Source: the human T2T-CHM13v2.0 reference genome, Homo sapiens. Taken from it: 64,000 nt of DNA. Position 1 is the stretch's first letter, and each line of letters opens with the position of its first letter. This document shows, one piece after another, positions 38,919-52,898 of the stretch. The translations under genes and the position numbers were made by a program. The notes below the pieces were generated by a model. It did no database searches. It saw only the letters and a program-made list of their open reading frames with translations, and had not been told where the DNA came from. Location: NCBI RefSeq assembly GCF_009914755.1, contig NC_060927.1; one strand, given 5' to 3'.

Positions 38919-38954
<36 letters not shown>
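38919..38954. repeat. (TG)18 microsatellite
   Basis: Directly visible. Confidence 0.95.
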
Positions 38955-38956
<2 letters not shown>

Positions 38957-38959
38957 TAT

Positions 38960-41010
38960 TTTATTAAGCCCTAAATTTGTACACTGATGAGGCTCGAATA
39001 TAAGTCTATTTTGGTAATTATCTCAGGTTTCCCAATTCGCTTGATAAATAATCCATCCTTCTCTCGTGATTTGATATGCCACGTTTATTATACACTAAGT
39101 TCATATGCACACTTGGGTCTATGGCTGGGCTTTGTAGCCCATGCTTTTGATCTGCCTAATTCTGTGACAGAAAATGCTCTAATTATCTTTATTTTATAAT
39201 AGATTTTAATTTCCAGAAGGGAAACAACTGCCTAATGTCCTCTATGTGAATATATTTGTTAGTTAATATGGCATATTTATTCTTCCTGTTGAACTTTATC
39301 ATTTTTGTTTCTTCCAGCTACAAAAAGATCATTTGGTGATTTTTATTGGTATTAAACTAAAGACATTAGATTAAAATTTAGGAAGAATAGACATTTTTAT
39401 ATTATTGTCTTCCCATACAGGAATGTGGCATTTCTCTTCTTTATTCAAATATTCTTTTGTGTCTCCCAGTAATATTTTAAAGTTTTTTTAAATAGAAGTT
39501 TTACTAATTACTTGTAATATTTTAACTTTTTTAAAAAAACAGAAATTTTACTAATTTCTTGTTAATTCTTAAGTTTGAAAACTCTGCATGAGAATATATG
39601 TCAATATGTCTATATTCACATATCTATGTATATGCACACACATATTTGCATATATATTCTCATGTAGAATTTTAAAGCTTAAGAATTATATAAAATGTAT
39701 AGAATAAATATATATAAATATATTACTATGAATATAATCAGCATCAGGACCTGGGAGCTTGCTAAAAATGTGAAATCTTGATTCCCACCTCAAACCTACT
39801 GAATCACATTTTAACGAGATTCTTAGTTGATCTGTATGCACATTAAGGTTTGAGAAACACTACATGTATGCACAATAGGTATGGGATTTTTTTCTATTAT
39901 ATTTTCCAAACTCTTATTGATAGCATAGCATTTAAACATGTATTTTTAAAAATATTTATTTTGTACCCTTATAACTTAATATCGCAATAATTTAATTTTA
40001 TTTACATCATCTGCAAATAATGATGTTTGGTTACTACTTTTCAGTATTTATAACTATTTTTTTCTCTTACTACATAGGCTAAATTTTTTAGAAAAAGAAT
40101 TTAGATAAGTAGGGTGATCTAAGAGTGTTTCAATATTTCATTGATAATTATTATTATTGATCAATTTAAGAAAAAAAGAAGTATCATTCTATGTGTTATT
40201 TTCCAAGAGTTACCAGAAGTAAATAATTTTTAAAAATATTCTTTGAATCTATCAAAATGATCTTGTGGACTTTCCTTTGATCTTTTGTATTGATGAATTA
40301 GGTTAATTAATGATTCAAGAAAGGTATCAAAATTAATACAGAATATTAAAGCCAAGGATTGAGAAAGTGAATAATAAAATAAAACTACATCCAGGATGAG
40401 AAATGAACAAATAAAAAAATTCATTTAAAAAATAATGCTATGATTTTTATGAAATCGTATACTAAAATTAAGTTGCTAGAGGTTTTATATTTTGTCTTTT
40501 CAATCAAACTGATATTAGGTTTAGCTATTAATTCTACTGTTTTATTTTTGATTTATTCATTTGTTTTTATACTTATTAATCAATATTTGTCCTCTCTGAA
40601 ATTTATTTTTATTATTTCTCTTATTCTTGACATATAGAAAATTTATGTTTTCTTTTTAAAGAAAGCATTTAGAGGTTTGAATTTTTACAATAATTTTAGC
40701 TTTGACCATATCCTTAAGAATGATAGAGTATATTTTATTCTCATTATAGTTTTTTCTCCCAGTCTCTAATTATAGATTTTAATTCCTCTTTAAAGAATTA
40801 TTTAGGACAGCATTGTTCAATTTCAAAAGGGTATTTTTTTCTTATAACTTTTACTGTTAATTTCCCATTTTATTACAATGTAAATAGAGAATATCTTGGA
40901 CAATTTCTTCTTCTGCTATATATGAAAATTAATAAATGGTTCAGTGTTGAAAATATTTTAATGGAATGTAGAAGAAATAATATATTTATTTCTAAGGTAT
41001 TGTTAGTCTG
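38960..41010 (-). mobile_element. Highly decayed L1ME fragments
   Basis: tttaggaagaatagacatttttatattattgtcttcccatacaggaatgtgg and catcatctgcaaataatga are reverse L1 ORF2 motifs. Confidence 0.65.
39737..39862. mobile_element. MER5A-like hAT-Charlie MITE
   Basis: cctgggagcttgctaaaaatg...cccacctcaaacctactgaatca...ttttaacgag...tatgcacattaaggtttgagaaacact. Confidence 0.8.
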
Positions 41011-41224
41011 AAACCACTGGAGATAACATTAAATTTTTAATGATTTAAATAAAACTTCTAGACACCTTTTACTTCATTCAAATTCCTTGGGAAATCTTTT
41101 GAAAAGTAAATTTTAATGGTGATTATTACCATTTTAAACCCAGCTTGTTTTTAAAGGCAATATTCTCATTGTTTATATTCATGTTCTATAATACTTTTCA
41201 GAAAGTTAAATTTTTTCTAACATG

Positions 41225-43230
41225 TTTTTATTTAAGTCAGTTTTATTGAGTTATAATTTATATACAGTAGTATTCACTTTTTAAAAGTATATAGTTTGGT
41301 CTGTTTCGACAAATACATAGCCATCAACACAATAGAGATACAGAAATTTACAACCGTACTAAACAGTTCTCTCATTTTCCTTTTTAATCAATTTTCTTCC
41401 CTTATGCCCAGTTTCTGGCAACCACTGATCTATTTTCCAAATTTATAGTTTTACCTTCTCTAGAATATCACTTAAATGGAATAATATAGTATATACCCTA
41501 TGCGTACGGCTTCTTTCACTTAGAATAATGGTTTTGAGATTCATCCATATTATTGTATGTATCAATAGTTTGCTTCCTTTTACTGCTTAACTATTAGCAG
41601 TTTCCACAATTTGTTTATTCATTCACCAACTGATGAACACTCTGTTGTTTCTGTTGCTGTAAACATTCATATACAAATCTTTTGATATAAGCTTTCATTT
41701 CTTATGGTAAAATACAGGGGAGTGAGAATACTGGGTCCTATTCTAAGCATATGCTCAACTTTGTGAGAAACTCCTAAACGTCTTTCCAAAGCAGTTGTAC
41801 TATCCTGCATTCTCTCCAGCAATGCATGAAAGTTCCAGTTGCTTTGCATCGTCGCCAGAACTGGTATGATCAGCATGTATGCGTGTGTTGTGTTTAAAGT
41901 TTTAGCGACTGTGATAGGTGTAGATGGTATCTCATTGTGGCTTTAGTTTGCATTTCCCTAGTAACTAAAGATGTTGAGGATCTTTTCATGTGATTATTGG
42001 CCATTTGTGTATATTCTTTTGTGAAGTTCTTGTTAATCTTTTGCCATTTTAAAAAACTGGGCATTTTTTTTCCTTATTAGTGTGTTGTAAGGGTTCTTTA
42101 TGTACTCTGGATACAAATTCTTTGTAAGATACATATACTGCACATATTTTTCTCTGAGTCTGTGGCTTGTCTTTTAATATTCTCAATAGTTTCTTTTGAA
42201 GAGCAGAAGATTTTTGATGATGTCCAACTTATCGACTGTTTTTCTTTTATAGTTTATACCTTTAAAATATACTATTTAAGAAAACTTTGCTTAATCCAAG
42301 GTGACAAAGAATTTCTTTCATATTTTCTTCAAAAAGTTTGATAGTTTTAACAGTTATAAACTATTGGAGTTGAATTTGTTTATGGTGTGAGGTAAAGATA
42401 AAGACATTTTATTTTGCTTATAAATCTGCAATTTTCCCGGCACTACTCATTGTAAAGACTATTCTTTCTCTATTGAATAACCTTGACATGATTATCAAAA
42501 ATCAATTAACCATATCTGTGTGAGTCAATTTCGGAATGGAATATTCTGTTCTGGTGATTTATTTGTCTATCTTATGCCATTATAACAGTTTTGACTACTA
42601 TAGATTTATAATAAATCTTTAAATCAGGTAGTTTAAGTCCTCCCAACTTTGTTCTTTTTTTTCCCCTCTAACATTGTTTGGACTTATTGAAATTCTGTAC
42701 TTTTCTGTTTACATTTTAGAAAGTAGCCTGTTAATTGCTAAAATGTCTGCTGGGATTTTGATAAGTGTATAGAAAACTTTAAGATCTATTGACATCTTAA
42801 TAATATTGAGTCATCTGATCAATAAATATAGCACTTTTCTCCATAATTAAGGCTTTATTTAATTTCTTTCATCAATGTTTTGTAGTTTTCAGCATGAAAA
42901 TCTCACACAAACTTCATTAGATTTATTCCAAACATTTGATATTTTTTGTTGCTCTTATAATTGGCAATGATTTTTAAATTTCAATTCTTATTGTTCATTG
43001 CTAATTTATAGAAACATAATTGATTTTTTACGTTGACCTTGTATTCTGCTACATCATACTACTAAGCTTAATTATTAGTTCCAAAAGCTTTTCCAAAAAT
43101 ACTTTGGGATTTTCTAAATAGATGATTACATCTTCTGCAACTAAAGATGACTTATTTATTTCTTTCCAGCCTATAACATTTGTTTATTTTCTTTGCCCTA
43201 TTGTACTGTTTATCACCTCCAGTACCATTT
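41225..43230 (-). mobile_element. L1M (L1MB8/L1ME1-like) 3' end and ORF2
   Basis: ttttattgagttataatttatatacagta...ctggcaaccactgatcta...ggtatctcattgtggctttagtttgcatttccct. Confidence 0.85.
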
Positions 43231-43755
43231 GTTGTTGTTGCTGTTGTTTTGTTTTGTTTTACTTCCCTCAGAATTCTCTAAGCTTCTCAGACTTGAATTT
43301 TACTGTTTTCCCTTTAATTTTGGAAAATTCTTGCTTTTTTTCTCTGTCCCATTCCTCTCTCTCCTTTTCCTCCTCATTCTGGGACTCTTCCTTATAGCAG
43401 CCAACCCCTGCATTGAATATGTGGTTGGTCTCATTTTAGAGAGTGTTTTCTGCTTCTTGTCTAGTGGTAGCAGAACTCCTCTTGGTATCTTCCCCGGGCC
43501 CAAGAGAGGTTTCTATCTCTCTTTATCTCTTCCCCAAAGCAGAGGGTTTATGCTTTACCCTTCCTTCAGTGGCTATGGGAACAGGATAATTTCTGACTTC
43601 TTCCCCAGAGACATATGTTTTGCTTCTACTTCTCAATCAGAAGCTATGGATTTTTGCCTGGATGCTGAGAATGTGAATATCTGCTATCACTACCCCAGGT
43701 ACTTTAGACTTTAGCTTTATATGAGACTAGGGATTAGGGAACAAATTTATTTTTT

Positions 43756-43902
43756 CTCCCTCCCTCCCTCCCTCCCTCCCTCCCTCCCTCCCTCCCTCCC
43801 TCCCTCCCTTCCTTCTTTCCTTCCTTCCTTCCTTCCTTCCTTCCTTCCTTCCTTCCTTCCTTCCTTCCTTCCTTCCTTTCTCTCTCTCTCTTTCTTTCTT
43901 TC
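43756..43902. repeat. Compound (TCCC)n(TTCC)n(TC)n polypyrimidine tract
   Basis: Directly visible. Confidence 0.95.
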
Positions 43903-44189
43903 AATTTCTTTTTTAGGCAAAGATGCCCATCTAGTTACCATTGTCTTGGCTGTTAGCAAAGTAGTGATTGTTTCATCCTCCCGAGGCAACACTCCTCTTA
44001 TTCTTTTAATAACTTGCTGATGTTCTTAAAATAGAAATAGGTGGTAGATCTAGAGAAAGCTAGGAACATGGAATGTTTTAATTTCAGCGAATCATGATAA
44101 CTTTATGGATAAGATGATGACATTTATGCTGGATAATAGCATCATTTCGTAGATTATAACCAATTGAATAACTGATTAATGCTATGTAA

Positions 44190-45020
44190 GTATGATCTGT
44201 GTTATTATGAAATAAGGAATCTAATGAAATGTCTTTAGCCCTTTTTGTGGACCTTATTTTCATTAGTGAACTAAGATTAAGAAATTGAAAGGATGTCGAT
44301 AAAATTTTCAGACGGCATAAATTTTACTGCAACAGGAACTTATATCACTGATGACGTAAGCAAAATTTAAAATAATATGGACTGTTTAAAAATAAAAAAT
44401 CTTAGTTATAAACAATCATTTTATAAAGATAATCATGGCTTGAGTTTGATCATATGGAAAAAATCTGAATATTTTAACTGCAAGCTAAATGATATGATAA
44501 TATAATAGAGCTACAAAAATTGCACATAAAATTTTGTGCTAAATCAATATAACACATTGTTTTCAAATAACAAGTGATGTTTTCACTGAATTGTGCCTTC
44601 ACCATATAGTCCCTTGAATTCATCTATAGTTCTGAGCATCTGTGAAGATCATCACCATATCGGAAGCTGTCTAGAATGAGTGATCTGGAAAACATAGTGT
44701 GTGAAGAATATGGAATGAAATAAATATGTTTAGAGAGTAAAATAATATCAGCCTCAGTAAATATATTCAAATACAATGCCCTTCCATATGGAATATAGAA
44801 TAATTATTCTATGTAATATCAGATGAGGCCAGGCAAAAACCAGTTATAAAGCTACAAATAGCTCAGTTCAACATAAGGGGGGACTTACTAACCAATGATG
44901 CAACAGGCTTTCAGGAGAATTTCCTTTTACTGGAAACATTTAAATGATATTTAGAATGCCATCTGTCAGGACATGTAGAATAAATTCCTCACTGAGTGGG
45001 AGATAAGGCTAAATGACTTT
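44190..45020 (+). mobile_element. Ancient L3/CR1 LINE relic
   Basis: Weak colinear similarity to CR1 RT 3' motifs, e.g. ctgcaagctaaat...agctacaaaaattgc...atagttctgagcatc...tctggaaaac. Confidence 0.5.
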
Positions 45021-45063
45021 CAAGTATATTCACGAAAATTTCTTATAATGCATTATCCAGCAC

Positions 45064-45571
45064 TGTGAAGAGTCTGAGTTTTTTTTCCCTACTTGCAAAC
45101 TAACAAGTTAGCTTGAAGCAGTTTTATGGAAGCTGGTAGAAGGTATGAGCCTCCAGGGTCAGAGACAAAGGACAGTTTATTGTTCACAGCAATAACAGTA
45201 ATCAGAGTTTTTTTTTTGTTTGTTTGTTTTGTTGTTGTTTGTTTGTTTGTTTTACTGGTTCTCTGAACCATAGATCCCAGATGGTGGTGAAAGGAAGCTC
45301 AGGTGACACCTTCACATGCACTAGGTTGTACCACATGAGAAAAATATGAGTTTAGAGAATGTGAATATTTTGTAATGGGCTGTAAGGTTGCCTATCTTTT
45401 GCTCTAGGGGGAAACAGTACACCTGGCAAGGCAGTAAAAAGACTTGTCTTTCCTTCTAAGGCTGTTTGCCACACAACCATCTTTGAAAAGATAGTCTGGA
45501 GCAAAGACCAGTCAGCGCCTTGGTCACAAGATATGCAAAACTGCTATACACATGGGTAATTTTCTCCCCAT
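45064..45571 (-). mobile_element. ERVL-type solo LTR (MER68/MER77/MER21 group)
   Basis: tgtgaagagtctgag...ctacttgcaaactaacaagttagc...gggtcagagacaaaggac...ttgaaaagatagtctggagcaaag. Confidence 0.7.
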
Positions 45572-45580
45572 AGGGATAGA

Positions 45581-45706
45581 TTTTTATTTTTATTTTTATA
45601 CAGGGCTTTGCTCTGTTGCCAAGGCTAGAGTGTAATGGTGTGATCATGGTTTACTGCAGCCTCAACCTTAGTAGCTGGGACCACAGGTGCATGCCACCAC
45701 ATTCAG
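45581..45706 (-). mobile_element. Alu monomer (FRAM/AluJ right arm with internal deletion)
   Basis: cagggctttgctctgttgccaaggctagagtgtaatggtgtgatcatgg...gtagctgggaccacaggtgcatgccaccac. Confidence 0.85.
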
Positions 45707-45858
45707 AAATTATGGATAGCTTTTGTTCAGATGTGTAAGACCTATTTGTTACATTCATGCCATTAATAAATTTGAAAAGCATTCATAACAATGGGAAAAT
45801 TAAGATATCACAGGTAAGTGACAGGATGCCTAATATTGAAGACAGAGTGGTTACTTTA

Positions 45859-45901
<43 letters not shown>
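45859..45901. repeat. (CTAT)n tetranucleotide STR
   Basis: About 10 pure units visible. Confidence 0.95.
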
Positions 45902-46004
45902 CCCACCCACCTACCTGTCTATCTATATTCTGTCCTAGGAAGGGATTAAGGTAGCTTATAAAATACTTATGAAGTTAAATGAAAGTAAAAATAACTCACA
46001 GGAA

Positions 46005-47050
46005 ATAAATAAAAATAAACAAATCGGACTGTATCAAAATTAAAAACTTCTGTTCATCAAAGGACAATATAAACAGAGTAACACAGCAGCCCACAGAATG
46101 GGAGAAAATATTTGCAAATCTTATATCTGTTACAGGGTTGATATCCAGAATATATAAGAAACTTCTTTGAGTTAACAACAATTTAAAAGACAACCCTGTT
46201 AAAAATGGACAAAGAACTTTAATAGACATTTTTCCAAAGGTGATATACCAAGGGCCAATAAGCATATGAAAAGATGTTTACATCACTAATTGTTAGGGAA
46301 ATTCAAACCAAAACCACAATGAGATACCATCTCACACCCATTAGAATAGCTACTATAAAAAATCAGAAATAAAAAAGTGTTGGCAAGGATGTGGAGAAAT
46401 TAGAATGCTTGTGCACTGTTTGTGGGATTGTAAAATGATGCACCCACTATAGAACAAAGTATGGAAGTTCCTCAAAAAGTTAAAAAATATAATTACTACA
46501 TGATCCAGCAATTCCACTCCTGTGTATATACCTAAAATAATTGAAATCAGAGTCTCCAGGAAATATTTGTATCCTCATGTTCAAAGCAGCATTATTCAAA
46601 ATAATCAAAAGGTAGAAGCAACCCAACGTCCATTGATGGATGAATGGATTAACAAAACATGGTATCTAACATACAATGGAATACTCTTCAGACTTAAAAA
46701 GCAAGAAAATTAAGACACATGCTACAACATGAATGCACTTCAGACATTATACTTTGTGAAATAAGCCAGACACAAAGAGAGAAATACTGTATGTTTCCAT
46801 TTTCATTGATGTACCTGGAGTAGTCAAATTTATGGGGACAGGAAGCAGAATGGTGATTGCCAGGGGACAGGAGGAAAGGGGAACAGGGATTTGTTATTTA
46901 ATAGGCATAGACTTTTAGTTTTGCAAGATTGGAAGAGTTCTGGAAATTGCCTGCACAACGTGAAAGTACTTAACACAATTGAACTGTACACTTAACACTG
47001 GGTAAGATCGTACATTTTATGTTATGTATATTTTACCACAGTTAAAACGA
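46005..47050 (+). mobile_element. L1MB-type 3' end
   Basis: cccacagaatgggagaaaatatttgcaaatc...tgatccagcaattccactcc...gttatgtatattttaccaca. Confidence 0.9.
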
Positions 47051-49490
47051 CAACAAAAATAACTGAATGTGGAAGCAAGATTAAAAGTAGGGAGAGTTAA
47101 GATGAAGCCTGGATGAGGTTAGTGCACAAATATTATATCTTAAGATCCTAAAAGTTTGATTGAAATGACTACACATCTAAATTTGCTGGTAGCTAATGAA
47201 AAGAGGGTCGCATAGCCAGTATTAAACAAGCAATTGTTCAACTCAAGTATTTCTTGGCCTACAATCAGAAAGATGAGCTTATCCAAAGATGCCCTATAAT
47301 GTAACAATCTGTGTTCTCAGTAACAGATTTACAGAAAAATCAGCGAGTGTTCCATATTGTTGCTTCTTAGAGAGTCTTTCAACATGGGCTGTTGGCATAG
47401 TACTAAATCTCAATCTAGTAACTTAAATTCTGGGGTAGGTAAAAAATGAGAATAGAAAGAAAACTTATGCAACAGTGCTGTCACTATACAGAGATTCAGT
47501 GAATCTTAGTGGTTTTGTCTTATTTAGTCAATTGACTTGCTACAAAAGATTGATCATTAGAATTAAATTAAAACTAAAATAAAGTATAATAGTCCTCTGC
47601 TTTTAAAAAGTTCATGCAGTCAGTTTAAATATCTTCAATAGATAATCAAGATAGAAAAATGGAATAACCCAATTTAATTTACATTGAGAAAAAGAACTGC
47701 TTTACAAAGTATTAGACCATAAAATTAGAAATAAAGGCATTGGATTTTGAAATAAGAAAATTACTGTAGATTATTGTCAAACAAAGCATATAGCTCTGCC
47801 AAAACACTAGCAGAGTATGTTTTTGCAAAAGCATGAAAGTAGAACCTAACTTCAGGGAAATAACAACAAGAAATCATTCTCAAATATTACTTGAGATCTC
47901 AGCATGTATGTGGCACAGCAGAAGAAAATGAGGTTTTGAGAAGTCAAACAGAAAACAACTCAAATATTGTCTTTCATGTTTTATCCCCAAAATTACAATT
48001 AATTCTGCAACTAATTAAATGTGAAAAATATTAAATTATTGAATTATCTCAAGTGAACAACAAACACCTATTTCTTGACATGACAAATAATTTATGAAAT
48101 AATTACTTAAAAGAATTTGCTATATTGTCACAACACTGAAAAATATATAGTCAGAAAGAAATGTTATATGGTCTATCTTCTTTATAGAGCTAGTAATGAA
48201 AACACATTAAAAATCATCAGGATCTATGTTTAAGTATATTTTACTCTAAAATTTGAGTATGACATTACCTTGTTTAGGAAGACAGAATTTATAATTATAC
48301 AGTGGGGGATTCAAATAATACATTTAATGGATCATCTATACCAAAAAATAAGAACTTTTAGAAGGGAGTCGCCTAGGGCTTCAAGCCTTCCATGTTCTTC
48401 ATCCAAAGGAGTATTACCAGTTAACATGCATCAAATAACCATCAAAAGTAGGTATGATTACTGGATCTTTAGAGGCATGCAGTGAAATGCCTTCTTGAGC
48501 AATAGAGAACATTTATTTTTTTCTACATTTCTTCGACTTTCTTACTCAGTTAATTACTCTTTATCCACCGCAGACTTCTCCATAATGGGAAGTAATACTC
48601 ACCGTTATCATTCACCTTTATATATTCAGCACCTAAGTGAATGCCTGGCACATAATAGGCAGTCAATAAATGTTTACAGAATAAAGCAATGTTAATAAAG
48701 TGGCTGAACAACATTTCCTCAAGAGCCTCCAGAGAACCTAATCATATCTAAGGTTCATGAATGAGATCTACATCTCTTGTGACCTGAATATATCAAGGAT
48801 CACTCTCCACCAACTTTTGTGCCTGTATCCCAGTTGAACATCAAATGTACACAATCTTACAGTTTCTACCTTAGGCAGATGTGATCAGGAACAAAAGGCA
48901 GTTAATGTAATAATATCAGCGTAGAGATAGATAAGTAGGGCATTTGAAAACAATTCCCAAGAAAAAATATATATTTTTTTATAATTTGAAAATCTGAAAA
49001 AAGATCCTCATCTTTGTAGACTGTAATTGTGTCTTTCCATTTTTTCTTTCATCTGTCAAATGCCTGGATAGAGTGAACGTGAAATAAATTCCCATTTATT
49101 TCTTCATCTACATTGTAATCCCGAGTCTGTCTGGTAAAAGCTGTTAGTAAATCACTTGGTCAGTTCTCCCAACAAAATAGTCTTTAAGTAATACAGTATA
49201 TCAACCTATCTTTTGACATTTTCATTTTTCGTTCTTGACATTTTCTCTTAAAAAATAATACAGTGTTGGCCCTATTATCTTTCCTTTGGAGTCTGTGAAC
49301 CAAAATATCAGCTATCACCTCTCTTGTAGAAAAGCTCTCAAGGTTCAGAAACCAAAGATGTAGATGTAAGGCCCTACACATCTGTCTGTCTAATACTGGA
49401 GGGGAGGGTGGAGGATTGGTGATGGTGGTTCAAGAGCAGTGTGTTGAGTTTCACATGTTTTTTTCCATTCGCTGTGTTACTTGGGTGAGG

Positions 49491-49817
<327 letters not shown>

Positions 49818-51505
49818 TGATTACTTTGAAAGGTACAATGAATAAACTTCCCTCTGTTCTACCTATTGGAAATTACTTATGATTCATTCGGCAATAATTT
49901 TTGAGTATAAACCATGTTCCAGCCACTGTTCAGGTTTTAAAGAAAAGAGCCAGAAAGGTAAATACATACTTAAACTAATATTTTGAGTAGCCTTATTGTA
50001 TGGAAATAAGTGTTTGTCTGCATTCTATTATTTTTTATGCTGCCTTCAAATAGCAAATTACACAAGAAATTTTAAAATGAACTGAAATATAGTATACTGA
50101 ATTCCATTACATAATTTTATTGGATAATAAAATCATATCCTTATTTCTTTTAGAGTCTGAAAATTAGAGGGATTTTTGATGTTAGAGTCTTAGAATTAGA
50201 GGGAAGTTTGACAGAAAAATCAAAACAATTTGTCTATCAGGTATTAAAATTACTCATATTAACATCATAATTTTTTGATTCGTGGAAGTATTAAATTACA
50301 TCCAGGTAACAATATTTTACCTACTTAAGCCCTTTGTGGCCCTTTTACCAAAAGAGAAATATTGATTGTTATTCCTACGCTTTATGACATTGTAGGACTT
50401 CTAAATATTGTCTCTGATTTTCCTTTGCTAAATTAACAGAATTAATGGGAGTTCCACAATGGACATTGTATTTATGTAGATAATGTCCAGCCCAGCTAAA
50501 CCACCAGGTTATATAGTATAGTTTGAAAGTTTAAAGTCAAAATTTGAATTGGATATGGACTTTGATATGGGAATTATCTCAATACTGGATTCAAGGTTTA
50601 GTTATAGATCAAACTACTGTTTCTTTAAGTGATTCCCATTAAGGAAATCTACTAATTAGTAATATTATAAATGAATGTATTAATGGTTTTTCTTTGTAAT
50701 ACACACTCCTTTCTTGATTGACACCGATTATTAAATCTCTCATTTTGACATTCTGTCTTCTTTGGCTCACTGTATTGAGTCTCAACCTGTTGTGACTTGC
50801 ACCAAATAGAGTGTCACAGCACATTACTTTGGAAAGAATACGCTTTCCAGATATTTTTAGTAGTGCTGCCATTTCTGTGAATATAATGACAACAGCATAT
50901 ATTGTGTTGTGTTTGTTGAAAATGCTACATTGGATACTAACTGACTAGCCCTCAACTAAGTGTTAACCTACTTGAGAGAAATAATAAAAATACATACATA
51001 ACCAGTAATCAACACATCAAAACTTGAAACAGTTAAACTGTGCGATGCTTGCAAGGGAGATGGAAAAATAAAAGGTTTAGGAAGGGGATTTGCAATGATA
51101 GGACAATTTAAAACTTAAAAAGGGCTAATCTGGAAAGAAATCCGAAGAAAGTGAGTTTTGAGCTGCCTTTGAAATAGTCACATCAAAGGAAGGAAGGTAG
51201 AAAATTCAAACTGGGAGAGTGCCTCAGAAATGACTTGGTGATAGAGGATGATGGTAAGCCATATTAACAACCGCCCTGTAAATTAGCTTGGCTAAAGCAA
51301 TAAATTGATCATTGGGGAAGGTGGGAGTCTATTAAGGGCTGTTCAATAGTGAAAGGATTTTTAATTTTATGAAAGAAACTACTAATGCTTCAGGGATTAC
51401 TAAGAAAGCACATAATGGAAACACTTTTAAAGAAGACAACTATTGCAACTATTCTGATGAAAAATCCAAATGCTGGGAGAATGCCAAGGATGCTGTGAAA
51501 AAGTA

Positions 51506-52898
51506 GAGTGGTTCTCAACGTGCAGCCTGCAAATTTTCTATAGGTTCCTTGACATTTTCAGGGGGCTCATGAGGTAAATTTTCATAATAATATTAAGAAA
51601 TTATTTTCCCTTTTCACTGTATTGACATTTGCACCAATGTTGCAAAAGCATGGTAGGGAAAACAGCTGGCTTCTTTGCAGGAAGCAAACAGGTGATACCA
51701 AACTGTTCTGGTATTCACTGAGTGTATTCTTTACCATTATGGACACTCAGCCTCTATTTTTTTTTTTTTTAATAAATTTCAATCCTTGAGTACATGTCTC
51801 TTTAACATTTGGTAGGATGATGTAAGAAGTATGCATCAAGCACTTCTTCTGCATACCAAAATATAATAGCTGTCTTGGGGAAAAGCACTTCTGCACTTGT
51901 TCCATTGTTTACATTTGTGAGCTGACTTAGGCACTGTTTCTATGGAACACTATATTTTACTTGGAAGAATGGCTAACAAATTATGATTATCAGACTTGAA
52001 ATTTGGCAGACATTTTCTAAAAAATGAAATGTGTGCCTGTCACTTAAAGGAACACAACTGACAGTATATATTGCTAGTGATAAAATTTTGAGCTTTCAAG
52101 CAAAAATTAGTATTTTGGAAAACTTATATCTGTCACTGCGAGCTTGACAGTCACCTAATGCTTTAAGACTTTTCTGATGAGGTCGGTGATATTAACAACT
52201 GCAATTTAAAAATTTGGTTTTGCATAATGAAATGTGTCAACATTCAGAAATCTGCATGTTTTCTAAATGACCAACAGGTAATATTACTAACTCATGAATG
52301 GATAAACAATCCAATCAAAGTATAAGATGAACTAATGGCTTTTAATGTTACAGAGTACAACATTGATTGATATGGTTTCAGAATCCATATTGCAATTAAT
52401 CATTAAGAAACTACCACTTGTCAAGTCTTGGTGTAGTATCAAAGAAGAATATTCAAGATTATCTGAAAAGACTATTCAAATTATCTTTCATTTTCTAGCT
52501 GCATACCTTGTGTGACATTGAATTTTGTTCATATAAGTCAACCATATTATAATACATTGAATGCAGGATCAGATATGAGAACTCAGCTTTCTTTTATGAA
52601 ATCACTCTTGCAAAATGTCAATGTTACTGCTTTCATGCATGTTTAAAAATATTGCATGGTTATTTTTTCATAAAATATTTAACATGTAATGGGATTATCA
52701 TTTTGAAGTGAGTGAGTAAATAAATATGTTTTAATTTCTAAGTTGTCATTTCTATATGGCAGATATTTATAGATGAGACTCACATAAGCAAAAACCCTTT
52801 GGGATCTTTAATAATGTTTAAAAATGTAACGACGTTAAAATATAAAATTATATAATGTTTAAAAATATGGTAAAATCCTCAAAGTTTGAGGATCACTA
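51506..52898 (+). mobile_element. Charlie1a-like hAT DNA transposon fossil
   Basis: TIR-like ends (c)agtggttctcaa ... tttgaggatcact. Decayed transposase motif gcacttcttctgcatacc...ctgtcttggggaaaagca resembles LLLHTEVRWLSRGK. Degenerate 8-bp TSD aaaaagta / tacaagta. Confidence 0.85.

Noticed and set aside
43193-44020. 173-aa ORF and PPSL/EGRK repeat ORFs
   Set aside because: Old L1 fragments and translation of microsatellites.
52875-52893. Small perfect palindrome atcctcaaa-g-tttgaggat (similar ones near 6912 and 17551)
   Set aside because: Only 9-10 bp stems inside transposon fossils, compatible with chance or local template switching.
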